A DNA stretch of 63,593 nt, filler included, from Octopus bimaculoides (GCF_001194135.2; 5 parts of 5 records of this genome joined end to end with filler, not necessarily neighbours in it); one strand, 5' to 3'. Positions 51,457 through 62,862 are shown, counted from the whole stretch's first letter. Notes: generated by a model from the letters alone, not told the origin. A program made the numbers and translations.

Positions 51457-51628
51457 AAATAATTGAACGTATAGAGAAAAACCACGAACCAATCCGTCCT
51501 AATGTAGACGTATTAAACTGTGACCCGTATCTAATTGATTGTATGAAAATCTGCTGGAGCGAATATCCGGAAATGAGGCCTGATTTCCGCAGTGTTTGGC
51601 GCATGTTGAAGCCGATGAGACACGGCAC
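51457..51628 (+). CDS. Internal coding exon of a receptor-type (membrane) guanylyl cyclase; C-terminal part of the kinase-homology domain (NPR1/NPR2/Gyc76C-like)
   Basis: Translation (E)IIERIEKNHEPIRPNVDVLNCDPYLIDCMKICWSEYPEMRPDFRSVWRMLKPMRHG(T) matches the receptor-GC pattern EIIERV..P.RP.....C..Y..CM..CW.E.PE.RPDF..I...LK.M. The acceptor is T-rich (ttgtttgttttttcAG, AG at 51455-51456) and the donor is GTAAGT at 51629-51634. The exon is 172 nt, phase 1 in and phase 2 out. Confidence 0.9.
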
Positions 51629-51699
51629 GTAAGTATTATATATATATTGCCATATTATTACTATGTCGAACAGACAATCGAATGTTGTTATACACCGCT

Positions 51700-51960
51700 G
51701 ATTACAATGCGCTACCTCACATTGTTGTAGTTTTCTAAGGCTGCCACTCAGCTCAATAGGCAGGCACACAGACAGGCTAGCCAACATTCCCCCTGGACGG
51801 AACTCCATTCCGTCGTAAAGTTAGCTATTTATAACTGAGTGCCGTAGAGTTACGAGAAATGAAGGGTCTTGCTCATAAATACAACGCACCGCCGGTCTGT
51901 GAATCGAAAACCAAGATCTTGCGTTCGTGATTGCAACGCCCTAAAGCCGATGGGGCACAG
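51700..51960 (-). mobile_element. Ancient tRNA-SINE remnant
   Basis: cccctggacggaactccattccgtcg..gaagggtcttgctcataaatacaacgcaccgccggtctgtgaatcgaaaacc..caacgccctaaagcc is the revcomp of a tRNA head plus a conserved central domain similar to 22601 and 59040. Confidence 0.5.
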
Positions 51961-53295
51961 CAAGTAAGTATTATACACTGTAAGGTGTCGAAATTGTGAC
52001 GATATTTGACCGACAACTGATGAGGGATAGAGCAGCGCGTCAATTTGTGTGATTTTCTTGTTATTCTTTTCTTTTCCCACATAAATTACTTTACGGTTCC
52101 ACTGTGCAGCCTTTCATTCATTTATTTATTTATCTATTTATATCATAATATATATTGTAAATCTATTTTTGCTGTTGTACACAAGTATAACCAATATTAT
52201 TTGCAACGTGACGTTTATAAAAATCAATAGACATGACATCAATGGCCATTATACAAAGGACATATTTGCAGACAGATGGGAAACAGACGGAACAAAACAT
52301 TCCAAGAAATTGTCCCTATCTTCAATGGAACTGTTTCCAACTGGGAATATTCTATAAGAATACAAAAACATAATCATCAAATATAAAACTTCCATATTTT
52401 ACATTTCTCTGTCGTCATACATATTTGTAGAAAGGAACTTTTGTGGACTGAAGCAGTTTTGTACATATTTTAGGGAAACCATGGGGTTTTTGTTGTTGTT
52501 GTTGTCTTTGTTGTTGTTGTTTAATGATGGTGGTGGTGGTGGTGGTGGTGTTGGCAACGATGCGGTTGGTGGTGGCAGTAACAGTTGTTGTTATTGTTGT
52601 GGTGGAGTTGTTGGTGGTCACACTCATCCTCATGTTGGAGGTGACTACCGCCATCATCACCATCCACATCGTCGTCGTCATCATCATCATCATCATCATC
52701 ATTAACAACAACAACAACAACAACATCAACACCGTCAACACCATTATAGTGATGATAAACTATACAGAAAACTCATATTCTTAAATACATTCATGTATCT
52801 GTCTCTGTGTGTGCGTGTCTGTGTGTGCGTGTCTGTGTGTGCTTGCGTGTAATACAATTATGATACGGGCAAAATAAAACCAATTCATTCTATTAGTTAA
52901 TTTCTTTATGTACTTTTTTTTTCCTGAAAGCGTAAGGTGCCTTCGATCGACTGAGTTACCTCACCTTGAATTAATGTGTAGGTGGATGAATATCTTGAAG
53001 TGCGTCACAAGGCCTTTATTTACGTCTGCCTACCTACATACCATCATACCTACCAACCTACATACATACATACATACATACATACATACATACATACACG
53101 AATACGTGTGTGTGTGTGTGTGTGTGTGCGTTCTTATTTTCAGTTGTGATTAAAGACAATTTAACGTTAATCTGAAGGGTTGCACAATTCTTTTGTGGAG
53201 TACAAATTTATTACTGTTAAAGAAGAATGTTGTTGATAGTGACTTCGAAGTTTGAACCAATTAAGCTGGAAGTCACTGTCCCCAATATTCTTGTT

Positions 53296-53363
53296 TAAGA
53301 ATAATAAATTTGTCCTCTACAAAAGTATCTATACTTTTGTAGAGGACAAATTTATTATTCTTA
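53296..53363. repeat. Perfect palindrome, 33-bp arms with a 2-nt spacer
   Basis: taagaataataaatttgtcctctacaaaagtat-ct-atacttttgtagaggacaaatttattattctta. Confidence 0.97.
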
Positions 53364-54408
53364 GTCTCTCGAGAGTTAAGACTATTAATAAGGTTGCAAG
53401 ACGCAATGAAAATTTTAGGAAAATAAAAATAAGAAATAAGTGGAAATTTTACCGGTGAGTGTGTTAAATTTTAAGGCACAATAAGAAAATGACTCTCCCC
53501 AGACACAACAGAATATGCTTCAACACACGAAATCACATAAAAAATCTTGCAAACCAAATCCAAAAACGAAATATATATATATACATATATATATACTTTC
53601 TTTGTGTTAAAGCTCCCAAAACGTCACAAAACTGTAACTCAGAGTTTCACGTTTTCGCTCGTCGGTCAGTTGTGATCAAGCATATTACTCTATCTTTGGT
53701 ATTCGAGTACTATTTTGTCCACCTTGTACTTACTTGTGTGTATGTATGTATGTATGTATGTGTGTGTGTTTACGTGTGTGCTAAGTATGAATACATACTG
53801 CACTTATAAACTACATGAAATGATATTAGAACTACCATATAAGGCACATCCAAATAAATAGACAAATTCCTGTAAGCTGACTGACGAGAACAACATCACC
53901 ATTATTTGGAATTAATGCATTCAGTGTTTATAGTAAATTGTGTACGAAGATATGTATATAAGAATTCACAGTTTATATGAGCGTGCGTTTATATTTAAAA
54001 CAAAAAAAAAACATAGATTTCACTGTCCTTGTTCTTCTTTTCCTTTTGCTCTACTTTCGTTCATTCATTTCAAATTCATTATTAAATTACTAATTATTAA
54101 TCATTGTTTCGCTTCGTCTCCTAAAGTCATTAACTCTAACCTTTGTCTGACATCCAATGTCGGAGCTATATGGTTAATTATCTCCCTTGGCCCGTACAGT
54201 ATTGATTTTGACAGACGGCGGTTATTTGACTGTTTATAGATATTGAACCGATAGAGCTCGCTAAATCTACTCACACTAGAAAATCTCAAAATAATAATGC
54301 AGCACTGACTTTCCGGATACTAATTGTCTGGGACCACTTATAATAATCCGCACTAAATTTACACTAGTACACGTATACATATTACTCATTTAATTATTTG
54401 CTTAATTT

Positions 54409-54450
54409 AAGGCGACGAGGTGGCAGAAACGTTAGCACGCCGGGCGAAAG
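54409..54450 (+). mobile_element. SINE family A head fragment
   Basis: aaggcgacgaggtggcagaaacgttagcacgccgggcgaaa. Confidence 0.75.
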
Positions 54451-54524
54451 GCATAGTGGTATTCACAACGCAACATGGTATTTTATACCACACTCTAAAT
54501 TCTCTTCATTGCCTTAATTTAATA

Positions 54525-54727
54525 TTGGTTTCAAACTTTGACACAAGGCCAGCAAGTCCAGGAGAGGAATTAAGACGATTATATCGACTGGTACTTATTT
54601 TATCGACTCCGACGGGATGAAAGGCAAAAATCGACCTCGGCGAAATTTGAACTCAGAATATAACGACGGACGAAATGCCGCTAAAAATTTCCCCAGCGGC
54701 CTTACGACTCTGTCAGTTCGCTGCCTT
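54525..54727 (-). mobile_element. SINE family A
   Basis: tggtacttattttatcgactccgacgggatgaaaggcaaaaatcgacctcggcgaaatttgaactcagaa..tcagttcgctgcctt. Confidence 0.85.
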
Positions 54728-54870
54728 GCATTAATTTAATATCAGATCTGTTTTCTTAAATTTATAAATTTACAGGAAACTGTAATATTCATAATTCTTT
54801 AATTTAGGCTATTTGTTAATATGAATTTTACATTCATTTTACTATTCCAACCATTATACACTTGTCGAAT

Positions 54871-55194
54871 TGTTGTTGTTGTTGGCACTTCGTCGCTTAC
54901 GACGACGAGGGTTCCAGTTGATCCGATCAACGGAACAGCCTGCTCGTGAAATTAACGTGCAAGTGGCTGAGCACTCCACAGACACGTGTACCCTTAACGT
55001 AGTTCTCGGGGATATTCAGCATGACATAGTGTGACAAGGCCGACTCTTTGAATTACAGGCACAACAGAAACAGGAAGTAAGAGTGAGAGAAAGTTGTGGT
55101 GAAAGCAGGGTTCGCCACCATCCCCTGCCGGAGCCTCGTGGAGCTTGTAGGTGTTTTTGCTCAATAAACACTCACAACGCCCGGTCTGGGAATC
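54871..55194 (-). mobile_element. SINE family C, young copy with (CAA)n tail, truncated by assembly join
   Basis: Nearly identical to 60777-61070. The end near 55194 (gattcccagaccgggcgttg on minus) is the B-box region of a tRNA head, and (TGT)n at 54871 is the tail. Confidence 0.9.
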
Positions 55195-55294
55195 NNNNNN
55201 NNNNNNNNNNNNNNNNNNNNNNNNNNNNNNNNNNNNNNTTAATTAATTAANNNNNNNNNNNNNNNNNNNNNNNNNNNNNNNNNNNNNNNNNNNN
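55195..55294. other. Artificial 100-bp assembly join
   Basis: N44 + TTAATTAATTAA (55239-55250) + N44. Confidence 0.9.
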
Positions 55295-55550
55295 TGGTGG
55301 TGGAGGAGGAGGCGGAAGAGGAGGATACAGGAAGTAGGAGGAGGAGACAAGGAGTAGGAGGAAGGAGGAAGAAGAGAAGAAGAGGGAGGAGAGGGTGGTG
55401 GTGGAGGAGGAGGAAGAAGAGGGAGGAAGAATAGGAGGGAGGAAGAAGAAGAGGAAGAAGAAGAAGAGGAAGAAGAAGAAGAGGAAGAGGAAGAAGAAGA
55501 AGAGGAAGACGAAGAAGAAGAAGAAGAAGAGGAAGAAGAAGAGGAGGAGT
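55295..55550. repeat. Polypurine (GAA/GGA) low-complexity tract
   Basis: Read directly from the sequence. Confidence 0.9.
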
Positions 55551-55739
55551 TTAGATGCAATGAAAAGTTTTTCAGCTGTGATCATCCCGTCTTTTTTTCT
55601 ATCAAAGGGCACGCGTTGTTTATTCTGATGATGCATGTGCCGAGTGTACCCTTATCAGACGGGTAGTCATGATGGGTATACTGCGCTTCGTATATTTTAC
55701 CCCAGAGTCACTGTGATGGCATGCACTGCTCTGTTACTC

Positions 55740-55790
<51 letters not shown>

Positions 55791-56120
55791 TAGTAAACAA
55801 AGAGAATTGAAAGTACCAGATAATTGACTTTATAGTCCCAAAATGATGAAAAAATCAATATGAGAGGTATAGAAAAAATAGCAAATAACAGGACCTAACC
55901 ATTGAATTACAGAAACTATGGAAAGTGCAGGTAAAATATATCCCAGTAGTTATAGGTGGATTAGGAACTATCCCTAAAGATTTGAACAGATGGATAGAGG
56001 AAATAGGCATATAACCTAGTTTAGTACAGCTCCAGAAAACAGTGTTATTAAGGACAGCTAGGATACTTAGGAGGGTTCTTGGCATCTAAAGTCACTTGTT
56101 GTAGCCCGAAGTTAGGAATA
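55791..56120 (+). mobile_element. 5'-truncated R4/Dong-like 3' end embedded in (TAA)n
   Basis: IIDFIVPNDEKINMRGIEKI..DLTIELQKLWKVQVKYIPVVIGGLGTIPKDLNRWIEEIGI*PSLVQLQKTVLLRTARILRRVLGI*. (AAT)n lies at 55740-55790 and (TAA)n at 56121-56138. Confidence 0.9.
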
Positions 56121-56139
56121 TAATAATAATAATAATAAT

Positions 56140-56295
56140 TTTTCTTATTTCTTTATTGCCTACAAGGGGCTAAAGATAGAGGGGACAAACAAGGACAGAC
56201 AAAGGGATTAAGTCGATTACATCGACCCCAGTGCGTAACTGGTACTTAATTTATCGACCCCGAAAGGATGAAAGGCAAAGTCGACTTTGGCGAAT
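56140..56295 (-). mobile_element. SINE family A, long-tail subfamily, 5'-truncated
   Basis: Near-exact revcomp of 24410-24553. Confidence 0.9.
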
Positions 56296-56668
56296 TAATT
56301 ATATTAATAGATTTTCCCTTAATTTACGGTTTTTTTCACTCTTGAATATTATGCTCCCCTCTTCGGTTTTCAGTCTTTGGCTCTGCAACAATCAGTCAAT
56401 AATGATGTTTCATCATAGTTTACACCATAGTATAAACACTCATGTTTGATAAATAGAAATAAATGATGCGACAGTCGCCATAACAACTCGTAGCTATTCC
56501 GAGAGTGGCTATGGTGGTGGTGTGGAGAATGGATGAGGAGAATGGAGCTTGTATTTCGAGGTTTAGCCTAAACATTTTCTTCTCAGATTTCGAATTTCTG
56601 TCCCTAAAAAACATATATCATGAAAGAGGACAGAGGAAGCAAGAAATGGTGTGTGCGTGTGTGTGTTT

Positions 56669-56726
<58 letters not shown>

Positions 56727-56727
<1 letters not shown>

Positions 56728-57146
56728 GCGCAAGTGTAGTTGTGTGGTAAGAAGCTTGCTTCCTGACCACATGATTCCAGGTTCAGTCCCACTGCGTGGC
56801 ACCTTGAGCGAGTTTCTTCTACAATTGCCTCGGGCTGACGAAAGCCTTGTTAGTGAATTTGACTGACGGAAAGAAGCCCATCGTATAAATATGTACGTAC
56901 GTATGTACGTATGTATGTATGTATGTATGTATGTATGTATGTATGTATTTGTGTGTTTGTCGCCCGCCACCCATCGCTTGACAACTGATGTTGGTGTCTA
57001 CGTCCCCGTAACCCAGCGGTTCGGCAAAAGAGACCGATACAATAAGTACTAGGCTTACAAAGAATAAGTCCTGATTTGTTCGATTAAAGGCGGTGCTCCA
57101 GCATGGCTATAGTCAAATGACTGAAACTAGTAAAAGAATAAAAGAA
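56727..57146 (+). mobile_element. SINE family B, full length with internal (TATG)n
   Basis: ggcgcaagtgtagttgtgtggtaagaagcttgcttcctgaccacatgattccaggttcagtcccactgcgtggcacc..(TATG)n..cagcggttcggcaaaagagaccgatacaataagtactaggc..taaaagaataaaaga. Confidence 0.9.
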
Positions 57147-57205
57147 TACATACATACAAATCTACATACATACATATATATACAGAAAGAGTGAGAGAGA
57201 GTAAG

Positions 57206-57240
<35 letters not shown>

Positions 57241-57244
57241 AGGA

Positions 57245-57288
<44 letters not shown>

Positions 57289-57530
57289 GCGGGAGAGGGA
57301 GAGGGGAGGGGGATATAGGCGGAGTATCAATTTAGAGAGAGTAAAGGAAAAATTAACCATTTACTCAACATGGATAATTTGAACATTTTAGTAAGAATAA
57401 AGACAGATTCTTTTACACAAACTGTCTGCTAGCTGTGGTCAGCTGACACGTTCCATCATACCCAGCAAAATAAGCTGAGAGTTTTCATCAAATAATAATA
57501 ATAATAATGATAATAATAATAATAATAATA

Positions 57531-57589
<59 letters not shown>

Positions 57590-57607
57590 GATGATAATAT
57601 TATTATT

Positions 57608-58270
57608 CCAGTGCTTGAAAATGATCACATCTCACTCCTTTGGAACTTTACTGTTCAAACTGACAGAAAGATAGATGCAAATAGGCCAGACATTATATTG
57701 AAGGAGTTCAAACAAAAATTATGCCTCCTCATCGATATGGCCGTCCCAGTCGACTTGAATGTATTTGTCAAGACCTGCCAAAAACTGAGCAAGTTTTGAA
57801 ATAGAAATTGGCAAAATGTGGAACATCAAGTCTAAAACAATACCTGTTGTCATAGGTGCCCTAGGAATGATAGCAAAAGGGGCCGATTTTTACCTATCCC
57901 AGATACCAGGAAATCCAAAAATGGAAGAAATTTAAAAATAGGGCTCATGGGAACTGCTCATATCTTAAGAAAAATATTGTTTATGTAATCTCCAAAACAT
58001 TTTAATCTGTAAACAGTATCAAAATACTTTTAAATGTACATAATAGCAAACACCTTTTACTGTCATCCTAACAGCACACAATCATCTTATAGTCAAATTA
58101 CTTTTAAAACAAAATTCTAATTTTCTTATGTTTTCACAGACATTCTCTGGAACAATACTTTGTGCAAAACCAAACATATGGCACCCTAGCCATAACACCA
58201 ACTTGGACTTCTAACTTGTTGTCTCTTGAGGTCTCAGGGTGAGACATGGAATCAACTTGTGTAAATACAA
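57608..58270 (+). mobile_element. 5'-truncated R4/Dong-like element (REL endonuclease + 3' UTR) between (AAT/GAT)n arrays
   Basis: PVLENDHISLLWNFTVQTDRKIDANRPDIILKEFKQKLCLLIDMAVPVD..IGKMWNIKSKTIPVVIGALGMIAKG shows the PD..D/E signature of REL endonucleases. Arrays lie at 57492-57596 and 58271-58380. Confidence 0.9.
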
Positions 58271-58350
<80 letters not shown>

Positions 58351-58384
58351 TGATGATGATGATGATGATGATGATAATGATAAT

Positions 58385-58467
58385 ACTTCCTACCAAAGAA
58401 GGCACAAGGCTTGAAATTTTGGGAGAGATTGTAAGTCTGTTACATCGACCCAAGTACATTATATTTA
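58385..58467 (-). mobile_element. SINE family A 3' fragment
   Basis: ggcacaaggcttgaaattttgggagag..gttacatcgacccaagtac..tttatc. Confidence 0.6.
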
Positions 58468-58790
58468 TCAGAATTTGATCCTTTGTCTCTCGGCTTTTCC
58501 TCCTGCATTCCTTCTGCTCCACTGATAGCTTGTCATTCATTTCCAGGAAGACACACACACAATTAGATATTATTCGAGTCATCAACTTCCACATCAAGGG
58601 AAGGCAGGAGATAAGCCGGTAATTATCTACTGCATTACCTTTACCGGTGTTCTTTTGGAAAAGAATCGTTTTACTTGTGGAGATCCACTTTGGGATTTCC
58701 ACCCCGTTGATAATTTTATCCACTTACGCAGCCCTGTCTCTCTATCCAAATGTTATACACTCTCTTTCTACATCCTGTTATGAACGGATG
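58468..58790 (-). mobile_element. R4/Dong-like RT N-terminal fragment
   Basis: IPKWISTSKTILFQKNTGKGNAVDNYRLISCLPLMWKLMTRII..EQKECRRKSRETKDQILI matches W...G.T.L..K.......NYRPITCLP.MWKLLT..EQKGCR..SRGTKDQLLID. Confidence 0.9.
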
Positions 58791-59037
58791 TACTCAAAAA
58801 ATAACGTTCCATATCAGGTATATTCATCGCCTTAGACCATTTTGTTATGGCGGTCGTATAATGACAACCGAGCTTATGTTACTCACTTACAGGGCACCCG
58901 CCTGGCATCCTCCAGGCACCCTCCTGGCATCCTCTAGGCGCCCATCAGGCACCTGCCATGCACCTGTCAGGCGAGAGTCTGTCACCTGACGTTCTGTTCT
59001 CATTAATTTTGTATTAATTCTTTTATCCACAACTCTC

Positions 59038-59255
59038 ATAGCTTAGTGGTTAGGGTGTTGCATTCACGCCAGCGAGATCGGGGTTTCAATTCTTAGACCG
59101 GGTGGTGTGTTGTGTTGTTGAGAAAAATACTTCATCTCACGTTACTCTGCGACTACTTGGACACCTGAGGCGTGGTACACCGTGCACCTGTTCAGATGAC
59201 GTCGATTTGATGGAGAGGTTGAGCTAATGTGCGGCACGAACATTTGATCTCCAGA
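59038..59255 (+). mobile_element. tRNA-headed SINE (family C/D-like), diverged
   Basis: gcttagtggttagggtgttgcattc..ggggtttcaattcttagaccgggtggtgtgttgtg..aaaatacttcatctcacgttactc. Confidence 0.6.
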
Positions 59256-59377
59256 AACACATCGTTTGTACAGGTCGTTCGGCAAAAGTTGACTACTCAT
59301 ACGTCGTCTTCGACGGGGAAAATCTATCGTTATTATCTCTTTAAGAACAGTGTGGAGGTTACACAGAATCGATTAAG

Positions 59378-59412
<35 letters not shown>

Positions 59413-60115
59413 TGAAAGCAAAAGTGTTCATAACAACGGTTATAAATTAGAATCTGTAACTGCAATACGGAAAGCTACATACTTTTAATGCATCAATCGG
59501 CGCTTGGATTGTTTTCATCTCCGCCATTAAAGACGCCAATATTGAAATCTGCAAACTCGATTAGGATAAACTTCTCATAAGTGTACGTGACTTTTGCACA
59601 CCATTCCAGGTAACAATATCACGTCTGTTATGTTTGCGCCATGTAGAAATGATCTTAGTGTTGTTGTTTTTGTTGGTGTTATTTTCTTTCAGCTTATACG
59701 TTTTTATTGTTGCGGATATTTCATCAAAATTGTTAACTCTTTAAAGGGCAGTAGTTGATTAATAAATCCGAATGGCGGATTGAAAAGTCTGCCCTGATTC
59801 GTTATCTTTCTGCGTTTTGTCTGTGTTCTGCCGAGGTAAATTTCCGTTTCAACTACATCGGAGATGTTAAATATAATTCCCAGATTAAAATTCATATCAG
59901 TCCAGCTCAATCCAATAACATTTAATGAAATCGTAATAACAATGAAATGCCACTGCAGGGTCAAGTTGTTATAACATTGTTTCAAACAATATTAAAACGA
60001 CAAATGTATATAACATGTAATCTCTATATAATAATGGCCGATATAAATGCTGGATGATTAGTTGGTTGGTTGGTTGGCTGGTTGTTGCTCCAGTCAAGCT
60101 TAATATTGTCTAGAT

Positions 60116-60389
60116 CAGTGGTTCTCAATTTTTCCTATTGACCCCTTTGATTCTTATTTCATTCGGGTGGACCCTCATAGCCATTCGATGTTTAAAAAAA
60201 AAATCTGATTGTATCTTTATAATTAAATTATTAGAAATTATATAATTAAACTATTAGAAATTGTATAAAATAGGTATTAAAATATTTTGTGTACTGTAGA
60301 AGAATTACCGATTTATTGCACATAAATTTTAACAATAAAATCTTATATAGACCCACAAGGACCATATGGACCCCGGTTGAAAACCACTA
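60116..60389. mobile_element. hAT (Charlie/MER5-type) MITE, 274 bp, with perfect 8-bp TSD
   Basis: TIRs cagtggttctcaa and ttgaaaaccacta; identical TSD GTCTAGAT at 60108-60115 and 60390-60397 (NTCTAGAN is the Charlie-type preference). Confidence 0.9.
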
Positions 60390-60776
60390 GTCTAGATTAA
60401 TAACGGTTACTAGCATTCGCACAAGGCCACATATTTAGTGCGAGGAAGAGAATCGATAACTAAATACCGCAGCGCAGCTAATTCTCTTCACCGCTGATTC
60501 TGCGGATGTCTTGCCTTACATACATCAATAACAATATTGATTTTTAATATAAGCAAAGGTCATACATTTTAGAGGAGGGGGTATCGTCAACTGCATTGAT
60601 CCTATTTCTTGAAGCATATTTTATTTTAATAACACGGTAGGATTCGAAACCATAGTATGCAGAAAAGCATTTTGTCTGATAACGGTTCTGCCAGTCAATC
60701 ATTTTATTGTTTCTAATTTTTGGCACATGGTCAACAATTTTGAGGGAAAGGTTAGTCGATAACACTGATTCCACCG

Positions 60777-61070
60777 TGTTGGCACTCCGTCGCTTACGAC
60801 GTCAAGGGTTCCAGTTGATCCGATCAACGGAACAGCCTGCTCGTGAAATTAACGTGCAAGTGGCTGAGCACTCCACAGACACGTGTACCCTTAACGTAGT
60901 TCTCGGGGATATTCAGCGTGACACAGTGTGACAAGGCTGACCCTTTGAATTACAGGCACAACAGAAACAGGAAGTAAGAGTGAGAGAAAGTTGTGCTGGA
61001 AGAGTACAGCAGGGTTCGCCACCATCCCCTGTCGGAGCCTCGTGGAGGTTTAAGTGTTTTCGCTCAATAA
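60777..61070 (-). mobile_element. SINE family C, young copy, truncated by assembly join
   Basis: Nearly identical to 54880-55170, with different flanking DNA. Confidence 0.9.
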
Positions 61071-61170
61071 NNNNNNNNNNNNNNNNNNNNNNNNNNNNNN
61101 NNNNNNNNNNNNNNTTAATTAATTAANNNNNNNNNNNNNNNNNNNNNNNNNNNNNNNNNNNNNNNNNNNN
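61071..61170. other. Artificial 100-bp assembly join
   Basis: N44 + TTAATTAATTAA (61115-61126) + N44. Confidence 0.9.
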
Positions 61171-61248
61171 CTTTACCACATCCATCTCTCTATCTGTCTG
61201 ACTATCAGTCTATCTATCTATCTCTCTATATGCCTATCTCTCTTCTGC

Positions 61249-61298
<50 letters not shown>

Positions 61299-61559
61299 GC
61301 TTATAAATCTTCCATTGTCTCCAAAGCCTCACCCCCCAAAAAACAAAAAAACAAAACAATGTTCTGTTATAAACAAAACCCCCCAAAACACCTGTTTTTA
61401 TATAAATAAGCTAGATCTCTGTATTTTCACAGAATTATATTTGACAAGTCCGAAAGACGAACGAAAGCGCTAATATATGTTTAAAATAAATGAAAGAAGT
61501 TATTCCAAAATTGTGACGACTTTTTTTTCAATATTTACTTCTGTACATCACACCTAACA

Positions 61560-61623
<64 letters not shown>

Positions 61624-62478
61624 GTGTGTGTGTGTGTGTATGTATGTGTTTTTGTGTGTGTTTGGGTATGTGCGTGTGTGATTGCCAACTCTACTTGCGA
61701 GAGAAGCTGCACATACGTCAGCAGCCTGCAATATCCATCAATAATAAACTCGATTCTTGCTTGAGCAGAGACACGTACTCCAACCCGAATGTACTACCTT
61801 ACGTCTAGCTGGACCAGCGACAAGTTCAAGGCTCATAATCTCTGCTGCCTACAGACAATTACGGTCTGTTTTCCCTGGAATCCATACTGGAATCACTCTA
61901 GAAATATATAACCTGAGGCTGTCATAACGTTTACCTACCCATATAGGAAATGTCACATTTTACAAAGGCAAATTAACTGACGCCAAAATCTTGTCTTCCC
62001 TGTCACGTAGAGCATACGATAAAAAACAGACGTTGTTGAAATGTCGCATCCTTCATAATGCCGACTAACTGACACCAACTTCCCACCTGCTCTGCCTCAT
62101 GGAGATTGCAATGAAAACACTGATTCCGTTAAGACAGTTGCAATATCCACGTGAACTGGACTGCCTCATGGATGTCCAATTACTCTCCACTAGAAGCCAT
62201 TTTAAATTTCTTTTAAGTCCTCTCAACTCCTACTTTGAATTCCTGACGACGTTCTGCGCCCGTGAAGCGTTGTCCCACAGTCATTATGTAAAGATTCGTA
62301 ATACCTCTAATTGTGCAACTGGGCTTGTTTATAATGATCAAAGAATTTATAGACAATAAGAATAGTGACCGAACGCAAAGAATACATATTCGTATGATTG
62401 ATTGTAAATATATGTTTAACTGTAAAGTAGCAACATTGGGACATATCAGATTTTAAAGAATATATTACATCTACCATA

Positions 62479-62862
62479 GGCACATGCATGGCTGTGTTGT
62501 TAAGAAGTTCGCTTTGCAACCACACGGTTTCAGATTCAATCCCACAGCACTGCACCGACCAATGCCTTGGAAGTAAATTTGGCAGAGGGAAATTGTGACA
62601 AAGCCCATCGTATATATATGTGTGTGTGTATGTACATGTTTTTTAGTGCTTGCATTTGTCATTCTCCCACACTGCTTGACAATTGATGTTATTTTATTTA
62701 CGTCCATGTAACTTAGCGGTTCGGCAAAATAGACTGATCAAGTAAGTAATACCAGACTTTAAAAGGGTGAACAAAAAAAGTGCTGGGATTGTTTGGTTAG
62801 ACAAAAAGCACTCAAGGCTGCGCCCCAGTATGGCCGCAGTCCAATGAGTGAAACGTTAAAGA
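62479..62862 (+). mobile_element. SINE family B, diverged full length
   Basis: ggcacatgcatggctgtgttgttaagaagttcgc..ttcaatccc..aagcccatcgtatata(TG)n..cttagcggttcggcaaaa..tatggccgcagtccaatgagtgaaacg. Confidence 0.85.

Noticed and set aside
53135-53456. Apparent exon bounded by ttttcAG and CCG|GTGAGT
   Set aside because: The frames are closed by stops near the start, so it is not a coding exon.
54101-54289. Minus-strand peptide YGPREIINHI resembling the GC motif SPKEIIERV
   Set aside because: It is on the opposite strand to the exon, with no further kinase-homology motifs or convincing splice sites, so it is probably chance.
59694-59835. Plus-strand pseudo-exon with good acceptor and GAG|GTAAAT donor as the next GC exon
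   Set aside because: All three frames contain stops, and the expected NIFDNM/MEKYANNLE motif is absent.
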